Below, piece after piece: positions 13,021 through 25,999 of a stretch of 64,000 nucleotides of DNA (positions within the stretch are counted from its first letter, which is position 1; every line of letters begins with the position of its first letter). The position numbers were made by a program, and so were the translations under genes. The stretch lies in contig NC_069003.1 of NCBI RefSeq assembly GCF_001194135.2, positions 19,191,653 through 19,255,652 of the forward strand, in the 5' to 3' direction. Origin of the DNA: Octopus bimaculoides. Its lineage: Eukaryota. Under the pieces are notes generated by a model. It saw only the letters and a program-made list of their open reading frames with translations. It had not been told where the DNA came from and did no database searches.

Positions 13021-13214
13021 ATTTTTCCAGCTTACCACTTTAATAATAATAATAATAATTATTATTATTTCTAACATGGGATACAAGACCAAAAATTTTG
13101 GAGGAGGAGAAAAGCTGATTATATCAACTCCAGTAATGACTTTTATTTTGTTAACCTTAGAAGGATGTAACTGATTTGCCCTCACTCCTTGAGCTGGCCT
13201 TGAGCCAAAATTTA

Positions 13215-13797
13215 AAACCATTATTATTATTATTATTATTGAGTGAAAGAGCAGTGCATGCCATCAAAGTGTCACTGCGGTATAATATGCAAAACCCAGT
13301 ATACCCACCATGACTACCCGTCTGATAAGGGTACACCAAGCTCATGCATCATAACCATATGTGCATGACATGGTGATCTCATATCAAGATAAATAGCACA
13401 TGACCTTGCAGGTGGGGTCCAGTTAGAATTTTCTTCAGGTCAAGTAGCCTATCCCACTCAAATGGTCCTTGAATAAAGGTTGCTTAAGGATGTTGAATGA
13501 AACACTCATGTTTCCAAAGGTGAATTATTCAAACCCCAAAGAATTCCTCTCAACTCATGGCTATGATGCTCCCCTACTACTTCTGCTTGTGATCAGAGAT
13601 GCACATATCATCAGCCACTAAAGGACATGCTCAAATGGTTACAGCTAAATAACTGACAAGCAAATTTATGATGTTAAGCAGAATATTTGCTGTAGCTCCT
13701 CTTTTATACCAAGACAAAACATGTGCATGATAACACTTCCAATCAGTTGAGGTCAGAAGCCATAAGTGCCAGTACCTGGTACTGCATCAGGGCATTA
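13215..13797 (-). mobile_element. Unclassified retroposon fragment with an (AAT)n tail
   Basis: Complex, more GC-rich block bounded by (ATT)n tracts, between family A copies. No ORF. Retroposon status is inferred from the tail only. Confidence 0.35.
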
Positions 13798-13821
13798 TTA
13801 TTATCATTATCATTATTATTA

Positions 13822-14035
13822 AGCTGGCAGAATTGTTACTGTGCAGGACAAAATGCTTAGTAGCATTTCTTTTGGCTTTATGTTTTGAATTCAAATTCCG
13901 CTGAGGTCAACTTTGCATTTCATCATTTAGGGATCGAAAAAATAAGTACCAGTTGAGCACTAGGGTTGATGTAATTTACTAGCTCCCACCCACCCCAAAT
14001 TTCGGGTCTTGTTCCTATAGTAGAAAGGATTATTA
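13822..14035 (+). mobile_element. Family A SINE
   Basis: agctggcagaattgtta...gaattcaaattccgctgaggtcaactttgc...aagtaccagttgagcactagggttgatgtaat...gtagaaaggattatt. Ends about 60 nt from the exon i donor. Confidence 0.8.
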
Positions 14036-14099
14036 AGTAAAAAGTGACTGAAATGAAGATAACTTATTGTAATCTAAAGAATGTAGAAGTATTACTTAC

Positions 14100-14324
14100 A
14101 ATGTCTGATATATATACACCCACATCATTTCTTTTGCCAACAATACTGAGGCCAAGTCCTTTACCAGGTTTTTTCATTAATTCGATACTGAAGATGTCAT
14201 AAATATCTTCTTCTTTTGTCAGTTGGTTGTCTCGATAGACTAATAGCTTCACAATTGTCGGAGTTTGGCGGAGAACTTGAATTGCTCTCTCATGAGTTGC
14301 GTCTTTAAGGTCTTCGTCATTAAC
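14100..14324 (-). CDS. MPDZ: Exon i: [75 protein letters not shown]
   Basis: 225 nt. Acceptor tactcttttacag, donor ATT|gtaagt. Spans the end of the PDZ10-equivalent and the start of the PDZ11-equivalent. Confidence 0.97.
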
Positions 14325-14664
14325 CTGTAAAAGAGTAAAAGTAATACTGAAGTGTTCAACATCATCATTTTAACACCTACTTTTCCATGTTCTCATGGGT
14401 CAGATGGCGAAATTTGAGATGGCAGATTTTCTAAGGCTGGATGTTCTTTCTGTTGCTAACCCTAAGTTAGTTAATGTGATGTTTCCCCTAGTTCTTCAAA
14501 CATGAACAATACAATCATCAGACATGTTTTCGTGGAAAATTTCAAATGGATGACACTTGTATAATGGTGAGGTTTACTTTTACAATTAGAACATGATGCC
14601 AAAAAGACATGAACACACATACTCACTCACAATTACACACTGAAATAGAAACATATATACAATC

Positions 14665-15045
14665 ATCTCCATCATTTTAACAACCACTTTTCCATGCTTT
14701 GCACAGGTTAAATGGAATTTATTGAGACAGTTCTATGGTTGAATGCCTTTCCTGACACCAACACTCACTTGTTTTCAAGCAAGATAATATTTCCCCATGT
14801 CCAGACATGCTTTTGCAGAATATTGGAAATGAATGACTCTGCTTACATGACAGTGCGGCTCATTTACAATTATCATGCAATGTCAAGACAAAGAGATAGG
14901 CTTCTTACAGTTTCCATTTACTAACGTCACCCACAAGGCTTTGGCTGGCAGAGGGTAATAGTGAAAAACACTTGTTAAAGGTGCTGTTAAATCTGACACC
15001 AAGTGGTTACAAAGAGAACTTCTTAACCACACAGCCACGTCTGTA
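14665..15045 (-). mobile_element. Family B-prime SINE (B head plus RTE-type tail)
   Basis: The B head at 14890-15045 is joined to a body and (GAT)n-type tail also seen at 26765, 38265 and 49915. Confidence 0.65.
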
Positions 15046-15154
15046 TCAGCAGCCATGTTTGGAGAGCTCTGTACTGGGCTGATGATTACATATTCAATAT
15101 TGCAGCAGACTCATTCAGATAGGTAGGCAAGATAAGTAAATATAAGCATATTCA

Positions 15155-15580
15155 TTTATTCTTTCAGTCATTTGACTGCGGTCATCCTGGAGCACTGCCT
15201 TGAAGGGTTTTTAGTCAAACAAATCAACCCCAGGACTTGTGTTCTTTTTTTTTTAAACCTGGTACTTATTCTATTTCCTCTTTTGCTGAACTGCTAAGTT
15301 ATGGGGATGTAGACACACCAACACCGGTTGTCAAGCGGTGATGGGGGGGGGGACAAACATGGATACACAAGACACACACATATAGATAGATATAAACACA
15401 CACACATATATATGATGGGCTTCTTTCAGTTTCCATCTATCAAATTCACTTTGACAGGCTTTGGTCGTTCCGAGGTTATAGTAGAAGATACTTGCCAAAG
15501 GTGCCATGCAGTGAGACTGAACCTGGAACCATATGGTTGGGAAGCAAGCTTCTTACCACACAACCACACCTGCTCCTATA
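15155..15580 (-). mobile_element. Family B SINE, full length
   Basis: All modules are present. The head reverse-complements to gcaggtgtggttgtgtggtaagaagcttgcttcccaaccatatggttccaggttcagtc. Confidence 0.85.
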
Positions 15581-15725
15581 CATGTAAATAATAAATATGT
15601 CCAAGGCTCAGGTCTTTGTCTTCCCAACAAAATTCACATCACATTCTATTTCTTTTATCTTTATGAAATAGTAATTGAAGTGAGAGAGAAGAGTAAAGCT
15701 CAATGAATATAAAAGTGATAATTAC

Positions 15726-15809
15726 TTCGAATATTTGATCCCCAGCCATTAACCTTCCATCTTTATGTGCTGCACCATCTACATATACTTCATGAATGAT
15801 TATTGAGCC
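15726..15809 (-). CDS. MPDZ: Exon h: [28 protein letters not shown]
   Basis: 84 nt, absent from the ORF track. Acceptor tttaattccag, donor GAA|gtaata. Matches MPDZ [28 protein letters not shown]. Confidence 0.96.
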
Positions 15810-16231
15810 CTGGAATTAAATAAAATGAAATAAATAATAAATAAGCAAATAAAGTATTATTAGTTTAATGAAAAACAAAATACAATATAGAAGTAGAAAA
15901 TGAAAGAAAAGGGAAATAAAGATATCTTCTTATGATGCAGAAAGTTTTACAAAAAACCTTTATATTTTGGGTGCAAACGCTTATCTTCAGAAGGAAACCA
16001 TAAAAGTTATGTGTATTTACGTTGGTTTTGTTATTTTATTTTAAACTGCTTTTATTTCCTGGTTTTATATCAAGGAAAATTCAGATAGCTAAGCTTTTTC
16101 AATTATTTGTTGGCCATACAGCTAGCTAAAAGTTTGATGGTTTGCATGTTGGCTAAGCCCATCTAGGTTAAAGTTGTTATTGATGTTTAACCCCAAGTTA
16201 GTACTGATATCCAAAAGCATTCTTACCATTA

Positions 16232-16279
<48 letters not shown>

Positions 16280-17019
16280 NNNNNNNNNNNNNNNNNNNNN
16301 NNNNNNNNNNNNNNNNNNNNNNNNNNNNNNNNNNNNNNNNNNNNNNNNNNNNNNNNNNNATATAAGGGGCATGCCGTCTATGTAGGCAAGGTAGGTAGTG
16401 CCTACTTTGGATAAAATAGATCAATAGCAACATTTTCCTTTCATGGCAAAATATGCACCTAATTCAATAAAATGATGAAGGTTACTGTGATTACAATGTA
16501 TAAAATGCAAAATATTTTATTTTTTTATAGATAAGGTAGGCATAATTCGTCCCTGCTTTTCAATCTCAATATTTAAGCTACACAAAACTGCTGTAGTACA
16601 CATGCTGTGTACATTCCTACAACAACGTTTTTTTTATGTGCTATAAAGGCAGAAGTAAATCTGCCTACATCTCAGTTGCATGCCTGTGTTTCGCTTATTT
16701 TTTGTGTGTTTTACTGCATAAAGGTCACCAACTGCCTACCCTGAATAATTACTGACAGCACGTGCTTGATATATATATGACTTATCATTGTCAGCTTTAT
16801 CTTGTATCTGAGAATTTTGTTTCTTCTTTGCTGAATACTTCCTTTATATTAATAGCATTGGTGATTCTGTAGACCAATTCTTGCATGAAAGAGTTGATGG
16901 CATTGACTTCGTGGTAATGTTGGTGGAAGATGAGGTTGATTTTATCAAACCTTTCTCCGGGTATTTGATTTCTTTCTTTTCTCTTCTGGTGGCTTTGAAG
17001 TTTTTTGGTTCAACAACAA

Positions 17020-17240
17020 AAATTATGGTCTTATGTTGTTGTCATTTCAACCTTGCTGTATAGCTGCAAAACCTGGACATCACTGTGACATGCAAAAATG
17101 AGAATGCTTTCACTAGCAAAAGCTTCATTCAATCTTGAATATCAAATGGTAACACTCTGTAACCAACAACAAAGTCCTGGAAAGCATCAAATTGGTGCAG
17201 TATTTCTGAAATGTTTTTGGTCCCATGCATCATTTGATTA
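17020..17240 (+). mobile_element. RTE-clade LINE fragment (post-RT region), degenerate
   Basis: Across stops and frameshifts it reads VVISTLLYSCKTWT...ECFH*QKLHSILNIKW*HSVTNNKVLE, like the RTE motif LLYGxETW...FHxRxLRxILxIxWxDxxTNxEVL. Confidence 0.75.
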
Positions 17241-17741
17241 AAAAGAAAAGGAAAAAATGGACCCTACTATGAATGGACTAAGTATATAGCACACGCACAC
17301 ATATATATATTCAAAAGCAGTTTTAATTAAAACTTGATTTCAAGATTTATAGTCAATCTTATTTACTTATGCTCCATTCTAAAGTCTCATACCCTACTAA
17401 AATATTGCCATGCCCCACCTCAAGAAAAAATTGCTCGTGTGTTTTCCCCATTTTGATTTTTTAAAGCTGGAAAGTATGATTTGAAGTAGATTTGACAGTT
17501 ATTTCAAGCTGGCTCAGTCACAATGTAGAGGCTGTTTACTTAGCTTGTAGTTTAAGTAGGTATTACTGTAAACAGTGGCCGCACTATAGAATGTACAAGT
17601 GTAAATGTATACTTTTAATTTGGAAAAAATCCTTCCAACAAGAACAAAAAAATTTCATAATAAATAGTAAAATGGAAAAGAAAAATACCCACAAAAACCA
17701 AACAAAAAAAATCATTGTAAAAATCATTGTAAAAATCATGT

Positions 17742-18120
17742 TATCTTTTACTGGTTTCAGTCTTTAGACTGCGGCCATGCTGGGTCACTGCCTTGAAGAA
17801 TTTTCAGTCAAATGAATCGATCCTAGTACTTGTTTTTTAGCCTATTGGTCTGTTTTATTGAACTGCTAAGTTACAGGGATGTAAACAAACCATCACTGGT
17901 TGTCAAGTGGTGTTGGGGGACAAACATAGACAGAAAGATACACACACCCGCACACATATATGTATATATATATGACAGGCTTCTTTCAGTTTCTACCTAC
18001 CCATTCCACTCACAAGGCTTTGGTCAACCTGAAGATATAGAAGACACATGCCCAGTAGAAGACACACACAGTGAGACCTAACCTGATACCATGTGGTTGA
18101 CCACACAACCATATCTGCAC
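17742..18120 (-). mobile_element. Family B SINE directly downstream of exon g
   Basis: Tail, core, body and head modules are present. The head starts about 30 nt after the exon g donor. Confidence 0.8.
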
Positions 18121-18152
18121 CTTAAAAGGAATAAAAAATTCTTTCTACTCAC

Positions 18153-18316
18153 CAACAGAGTATCGGAACCACCAACAATACTTAGACCAAGACCACAATA
18201 GCCTTTGTCAATTTCAATATAAGTTTCTTCTCCAGGAACAACGGGACATGTTAAGGGATCAGATTGTGGCCCTGTCGTTTTAGGGGAAGAAACCCGTGGA
18301 TCAGTGCTGGAATCAC
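18153..18316 (-). CDS. MPDZ: Exon g: (G)[54 protein letters not shown]
   Basis: 164 nt. Acceptor ttaattacag, donor TTG|gtgagt, phase 1 to 0. Matches [41 protein letters not shown]. Confidence 0.96.
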
Positions 18317-18417
18317 CTGTAATTAACAAAGACATCACTTCAATTATTATACAAGGGGTTTTCCTTTTTGTTTTCCAGACATTTCACAGGAAAATAACAA
18401 CATAAATACCAAAATAT

Positions 18418-18786
18418 TCATCTTTTACTTTTTACTTGTTTCAGTCATTAGACTATGGCAATGCTGGAGCACTCCCTTAAAGGATTTAGTCAGAAAAATT
18501 GTCCCTAGTATTTATTTCTTTTAAATCTGGTATTCTTTCAGTCTCTTTTACCAAACTGCTAAGTTATGGGGACATAAACCAACACCAGTTGTGAAGTGGT
18601 GGTGGTGGGGAGCACACACACACAATGGTTTGTTTACATCCTTGTAACTGAGCAGTTTGACATAAGGGCCTGATAGAATAAGTACCAGACTTTAAAAAAA
18701 TTACTGGGGTTCATTTGTACGACTAAACTCATCAAGGCAGTGCCCCAGCATGGCCACAGTGCAATGACTGAAACTAATAAAAAGAC
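18418..18786. mobile_element. Two family B 3-prime halves in inverted orientation (18418-18605 minus, 18626-18786 plus)
   Basis: gtttcagtcatt...ctggtattctt...aaaccaacacc is mirrored by ggtttgtttac...aataagtaccag...aatgactgaaac. Confidence 0.8.
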
Positions 18787-20479
18787 TGAAGCTCTAATAT
18801 GATGACAATTCCATGTGGTGCTGTCAGTGAAGAAAAATACTGCAAAATGTTGGAACGTTTCACAAACAATGCCTCATATATTGTCTCTTTAAAATGTTTC
18901 TTTCCTTTTTTCAGATTCAAAATGTTATCTTTTTACTGCATTTTTCGTGATTCCATTTTGAAAAGTAAGTTTGATTAGTGTTGTTTTCTTTTGTCTACTT
19001 TATATTTGATATTAACAACTTTTTTGTTTCACTTTATTTTCAAATTTCTTTGTCATTGTTAATAAAATGTGACATCTTTACATTGGTAAAAAAAATGAAA
19101 AAACTTTGATATAATGTTTAGAGATGTATTTATTTACTCTGTGGATAAAAAGAATTAGGATTGAATTCATCAACAGAGTATTTATCATGGAGATGGATTT
19201 GCCAAAAGCCAACGCAGTTAGCACAATGGCAAGCTTACTAATCCCTTTGCAATGGAAATCAAGTATGTCCACTCAAAATTTCATACTCTTAACTGCAGAA
19301 AGCATTTTTTATATATCAATTTATCTTTTGCTAAATAATGTCATGCTTGAAATTATTTTTTGTTGAGATATGTTCTGGTGCCATGTTAAAAGCACTTATG
19401 CCAGTGCCACATAAGAAGCACCCAGTACACTCTCTAAAGTGTTAAGAAGAGCATCCAGCCATAAAAACCATGCCAGAACAGACAATGGAGCCTGGTACAG
19501 GCCCCATGCCTTACCCCATGTCCAACCATCCAACCCATGCCAGCTATGTTCTCTCCCTGTTTCATAACTGATATGTTCCCATACTTTGCTATGTTTTCCT
19601 CAGTGATATCTTCCCCTCTCTAAAATTTGTAAACATTCTTGCCTTGTTTTATAACTTGTATCTTTCTCATTCTTGTCATGATTTCCTCCAGCTATAAAGT
19701 CTTTCAAGTCTCTCTCTCTCTGTCTGCCTCACTATCTATTCACTATCTTACTGTTATTTCTGTTTCCTGAGGTGAAGCTGGACATTGTTTATCCACAATG
19801 CATCCACCCATACCTACCTGAAATTTATAAACCGGAAACCCCTACAGGGCTCTGCCTCACTTCTGTACCAGAAGATTGCATATCTCCCTCACCCTCACCC
19901 CCATCACCACCAATCATCCACACTACTGCATGTACCAAAAGGAGATGTGTTACTTAGTAAATTAACAAACCACCTTTCTTTCTATATGTAATGTACTAAC
20001 CAATAGTGGTTCATTTACTTAATTTAAACATTGACCTATAATAAAGCTTATATTTACAATACTCATAACACTTATGTTTATAATGCTTACATTACACTCA
20101 CCCCTAATAGGGGCAACAGTTTTAATATGTTTGAATGATGGTAGGTTAAAGCAAGAGCAACTTCTAAATCAGACTGGAGTCTGGTGCAGCTTTCCAGCTC
20201 TGGTCAAACCATCCAACCCATGCCAGCATGGACAATGGATGCTAATTGATGACAATGATAATGTACAGGTACCTGTATTTCATTTAAATGTTAAAATAAA
20301 ACACCTGTAATATATTTAGGACAAATTTACTAATAATGTACATAGCACTATGATCAATATACTAATGAGGTATTTGATATTACGATGAATTTACCAAAGT
20401 TGTATTTAGTGTGACTGTCGAATTTCCTGCTTCAAATTAGGTTCTTTCTTGGAAATTAAAGAGCCAAGTTCTTTTTAAA

Positions 20480-20670
20480 TTGAGAAAAATAATAACAATC
20501 AACACCCCAACCATCATCACCATCACAATCATCATAACTATTTCCACCATGACCACCATTATAACTATTTCCATCACCACCCTTATCACAATTATCAGAA
20601 CTGTCTGCATCACCACCACCACTACTATCATCAACATCATCATCATTGTTGATGCCATCAGTATTACCAT
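20480..20670. repeat. Degenerate (CAT/CAC) trinucleotide tract
   Basis: catcaccatcacaatcatc-type low-complexity sequence. Confidence 0.8.
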
Positions 20671-21259
20671 CCAGGTAGTTAAAAAATAACTAAACCAGTC
20701 CTTGAATCAATCCCACCATCCATATTTTCTCACAATGCCACATTTAGTAGCAAACTTTACTCTGTCTTAATGTCCTTCTACTTACGCTAATTAATTATTT
20801 AATCAATTCTCTTCTTATCCAACCCATTCTTTGTTTATTTTTTCCCCCTGTTGTCTTTCACTTAATAGATTTTACTCAATACTAGAAATTGTTACTGTAA
20901 TTATTACAAATGCGATTGTGAATGAGGTTCACCACCACCATACTCACAAGCAGCCTCATTCCACCCCTCTCTCAACATTTTCTTTCTTTCCTTCCTTCTC
21001 CTCTCTCTCCTTTCTCTCATACCTTCTTCTTTCCACCTTTTCCTCCTATCTCTCATTACTTTTGTCTTTTTTGTTCCTCCTCTGTCCCACCTCTCCTTAT
21101 ATATCTCTCATATGCTTTTCCATCAATTCTTTCCCTTTTCCCCTCTCTCGCCCTCTCCTCCCCTCATATCCAATTTTCTTCTCTTTTCTCTAATATCCTT
21201 TTCTTTCTTTCTTATCCCATTCTCTATTACTTCCATCCCCAAGTAAAGTTAACAATCTC

Positions 21260-21303
<44 letters not shown>

Positions 21304-22677
21304 TTTTCTGTCCCATAAAATTGACAACAGCAGACTTAGACCAAGCAAACAGTTTCTTCTGAAAGGAGAAACAAAAAGTCATACTAAACTACATTTCTTA
21401 TTTCCACTCCCCAACCCTGAAAGTTTTATCAAGGGGTTAGAGCAGGGGGATTAAAATGGCTAAACACACATTAACCAATCTGAAAGAAACACTGACCAGT
21501 CTTGCGCTGATCAAACAGCTCTAGTGATATTTTAAGACCTAGAACTTCTGAAAACACAACCAACTTCGGTGTTTCAGTGTTTACAACACCAGTGACTTGT
21601 TAATCACTATTTTTCTGTATCAATAGAGATGAAATCTGTCTAAGCATGTAGTGATAGTGAATACTTGTTACTGATGATACACAACTATGCAGAAATCCCA
21701 GATTTAGCAATTCCATTACTACTTCTGGATGCTTTATGTATGTTACTGATAGTTCTGTACTTTTTAGCACTATACATCTGTAGGAGCCCCTCTCAGTAGA
21801 GGGGCTTGCATGGACCAATGTCGCTGAGAGCAACGCTGTCAGGAGTTTTAAACTCCTTGTAGATTCACCCTTGGTGACAAGGTTGAAGACAAGGACCCAA
21901 ACTAAGTGCAACCAACCCCCACAAAGATCCTAATGGTAGAATAAGTGGATGATGATTCCAACAGGTCTCAATGCTTGAACCAACAGATGAAGAGGGCTAT
22001 ACATGATGGATGTGCTACAGAAGATGTTGCTCGAAACTATAACTGGGTGAGTGGCAGGCTGTTGCAATTTCATAACTGGATCCTGCATGTCTCATTCCAT
22101 ATGTGCTACAGTGGAAGGTTATGAAATCAAGTATGTGAGCCACTTCTTGGCAAGTTGAGCTCCACTTTAAACAAATCCATGCCACTGGCACTTTCTTCTA
22201 TGCTATATGAGATACTTTCTCAAAATGAATACTGTAGTGTTGAGGCTTTCTTAAAGTATATTCATGTTGAGTAAGATATTCAGATAGCTATTCTGAACTA
22301 ATACAGATTCAGTCTAATAGCGAATGAAGAGATTGTGTCAAGATACCCACAAGGCATTTTGTCCTTAATTCCACCAACTCTCAGCTAGCAATAACAATAT
22401 TTATGGCTTATTTTGCCCAGTAACAAGATCTTTGGAGAGAAAACATTAAGAGGTGAGGGAGGTGGTGTGTGTCGATCGATTGTATTGGAGATCTTAGTAA
22501 ATTGTTTTATATTGACTCTATTAGGATAAAAGACAAACATTAGAGTTGGTAGGATGTGAAACACAATGGATGACAGTGACATGAAGGGGAAAGAATGATG
22601 AAGATGAAGGAGAAAAAAAATAACAGAAAAATAACAAAGAAAAACATCAAAAAAGGAACCAGAAAAAAATACTGAGA

Positions 22678-23045
22678 CATACACACACATAAATATATAT
22701 ACATACAAACGCACACACATTCACAGAACTGCAAATACACATACACAAACATATATATGCTCACATATGCATACATATATATACATATGTATACTCACAC
22801 ATATATAGATATATATACACAAATATTTATATATATACACACAGACATACACACACATAAATATATACACATACAAACACACACACATTCACAAAACTGC
22901 AAATACACATACACAAACATATATATGCTCACATATACATACATATATATACATATGTATACACACACACACATATATAGATATATATACATATGTATAC
23001 ATATATATACAAATATTTATATATATATACACAGACATACACACG
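22678..23045. repeat. Tandem duplication of a CA/TA-rich unit of about 170 bp
   Basis: acattcaca(g/a)aactgcaaatacacatacacaaacatatatatgctcacatat occurs twice, about 170 nt apart. Confidence 0.85.
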
Positions 23046-23769
23046 TATATCCATTTATACAAATATGATACACTATTACACACACACATACATGAGATTA
23101 GAAGAGTAATGTCTGTGATTAGAGTCAGTAAACAATGATCAAAAATACTGGAACAGCCATTGTTACTGATGTAAGAACTGAGTGTTTTGTCAGTGGCAAC
23201 AACAACCACCATCTCTCTCTACACACACGCGCAAAAAAAACCTTACCAGAATCAATACTACTACACACCTACACACCATGCATTTCAGTCAAACAATGCC
23301 ATTGAAGATAAGTTTTGAATTATATATATTTTATATTGCAGGTTTGAGAACAACAGCATTGTTGGTTCCAGGTTTCCAATGGGTCAATCATTGGCCCACT
23401 GTATGTTACAATGGTGATAATGAAAAGGGAGTGTGAGAGTGTAATTTGGGTGAAGTAAAAACCACAAGATACTTTCCATGCAAACACACCAGTTTATTTG
23501 ATTTTCTTGCAAATATTTACATCTTTTGCTGGAAAAAATGCACGCACACGCACACACACATATATATATATTTATTTATTGTGCTTTTAATTATAAATTT
23601 TTGCTATATGTGACAGTGGATTTTCATCGATGCGTTCATGAACCTTGGTTCTTTTCCCTAAAACTATATATTTATATATATTTTATACTGTGAAACTTAA
23701 TTAAAATTTAATTTTTAATAAATTGATTTTAAATGAGTTTTTACCTGTAATTTTGGATTTTATCCCTAA

Positions 23770-23810
<41 letters not shown>

Positions 23811-24055
23811 NNNNNNNNNNNNNNNNNNNNNNNNNNNNNNNNNNNNNNNNNNNNNNNNNNNNNNNNNNNNNNNNNNNNNNNNNNNNNNNNNNNNNNNNNN
23901 NNNNNNNNNNNNNNNNNNNNNNNNNNNNNNNNNNNNNNNNNNNNNNNNNNNNNNNNNNNNNNNNNNNNNNNNNNNNNNNNNNNNNNNNNNNNNNNNNNNN
24001 NNNNNNNNNNNNNNNNNNNNNNNNNNNNNNNNNNNNNNNNNNNNNNNNNNNNNNN

Positions 24056-24345
24056 TCTGTTTCTTGCACAAAGCTGACTGCAAGGAAATGGACAAGGAGA
24101 TTTATAAAATTTTAGACACTTCTATATCTTAAGATTTTGTGTTTTGTTATAAAAATTATTTTACACTCATCAGTAGAATATACTGACCATATATATTTTT
24201 CACTTATAGATGGTCGGTATATTCTACCGATGAGTGTAAAGTAATTTTTATCACAAAACATGGAATCTTGAGATATAGAGTTGTCCGAAATTTTATAAAT
24301 CTTCTTGTCCATTTCTCCGCATCCAGTCTTGTGCCAAAAGGAGAA
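24056..24345. repeat. Fold-back palindrome with arms of about 140 bp; the left arm runs into an assembly gap
   Basis: 24078-24195 reverse-complements 24205-24322 (ggaaatggacaaggagatttataaaat...gtagaatatactgaccat), with a weaker extension to the gap edge. Confidence 0.92.
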
Positions 24346-24709
24346 TTTAGAGTGGTTTGTAGACATTTGACATCTACTTCTAGTATATTGGATTTGTTTC
24401 TCCAGTGCCCTTCATTATAATTATATATTTATAATTATATACTTAAATATTAATTTTACTGATATGGTAGTTATTATATGCTGGCCACTGATAAAATCAT
24501 TTTAATGGTTGTAGCCTCAATTTATATATATATATATATATATACATGCATATAACATTTTAAAATCATTTCATTAATTTCTTTCTAAATTGAAATGTCT
24601 TATATTTACTCCTGTGCTGTTTCCACCTCCATTTTTTGTATATAAAAACTTGATTTGTATACATTTCTAATCTTTTTTTCAACTATATAAATATATATAT
24701 ATATATATA

Positions 24710-25480
24710 TCATCATCATCATTTAGCATCTGTTGTCCATGCAGGTATAGATTGGACGGTTTGGTAAACTGAGGAGCTGCACCAGACTCTAATCTGATTT
24801 GCGTGGTTTCTAAGGCTGAATGCCCTTCCTAATGCCAACCACTCCAAGAGTGTAATGGGTGCTTTTACGTGCCAGTTTCTGTGAGACCAGCATCTGCCAC
24901 AACTATGATTTCACTTGGCTTGATGGGCTTTCTTTTCAAGCACAGTATATTGCCATTTTTCTCAAGCACAGTACATTGGTCATTTGTCATTGCCTCTGTA
25001 AGCCCCAATGCTTGAGAGGTGCTTTTTACATGCCACCGGCATGGGTGCTAGTTATGCAACACCAACATTAGCCACATTGCCCCCATGAGGCCCAACGCTC
25101 AAAAGGTGTTTTTTATGTGCCGGTTACGTGACACTGACAACAGCCATAGCTATGATTTCATTTGGCTTGACAGGTCTTCTCAAGCACAGCATATCGTCAG
25201 AGGTCTCAGACACTAGTCATTGCCTCCATGAGGCCCAAGTTTGAAGATCATGCTTCACCACCTTATTCCATGTCTTCTTGGGTATCTCTCTTCCACTGGT
25301 AGAGATCAGCACTTCTTCACAAAACTGTCTACATCCATATACATGACATGATCATACTAACACAGTCGTCTCTCTTGCACACCACATCTGATGCCTCTTA
25401 TGCCCAGCTTTTCTCTGAAGATGCTTACATTGTTGTACATGCACAGTGACATATCATTGCATACAGGTATCATGACAGAA
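24710..25480 (-). mobile_element. RTE-clade LINE 3-prime end (ORF C-terminus plus 3-prime UTR with (GAT)n tail)
   Basis: The minus strand reads LREKLGIRGIRCGVQERRL...HV...PKKTWNKVVKHDL, like the RTE motif RLRWxGHV...GRPKKTW. The UTR has internal duplications and ends gatgatgatg. Confidence 0.8.
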
Positions 25481-25999
25481 CCAAAGACAGAGTTCAGTAG
25501 TAGGTTCCACATTCCACTCTAATTTCTAATGTAGTGCGTATCAGGGCAAGAAGCTCAGGATAGGCTTGAGTGCAGAATATATATATACACACACAAATAT
25601 AATTGTGTACACACACACACATATATAAATACATACATACATATATAGGGTGTGTTGCTGTATGTGCATGACTGGGTAAGTGTAAATGTGCATATCTGCA
25701 TGCATACATGTCTACAGATACATCAATTTTTCCCGCTGTTTTTCTTATACAGACCCCACTCAGATAATATATGATAACTCAACCCAATGGAGTACGTGTG
25801 TCTGTTCAACAATTCACATGTACTTGCATTACTTCTGCCACTTGAGGGACAACTTGTATGTGTCTGTTCAGTTTTACTTGTCTGAAGAAGTAACTACATA
25901 TAAACACACACACACATATGCATGCTTAGAACTAAATAGTTTATCAAAGAATTTCACAGGAGATTTCCAGAAGAAGAATGTAAGAAAGTGACTACTCAC

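Noticed and set aside
16810-17010. Stop-free minus-strand frame of about 70 codons (KLQSHQKRKERNQ...)
   Set aside because: Exons g and h join with unbroken homology. There are no suitable splice sites, and it abuts an RTE fragment, so it is probably TE debris.
20406-20470. Alternative terminal exon candidate ELGSLISKKEPNLKQEIRQSH*
   Set aside because: The acceptor is weak (tttaaaaag) and I found no AATAAA downstream on the minus strand.
21780-22200. Possible LINE 5-prime UTR or further exon (ORF 21600-21911)
   Set aside because: It looks repeat-derived, but I found no diagnostic motif and no splice pair in phase 1, so it is left unassigned.
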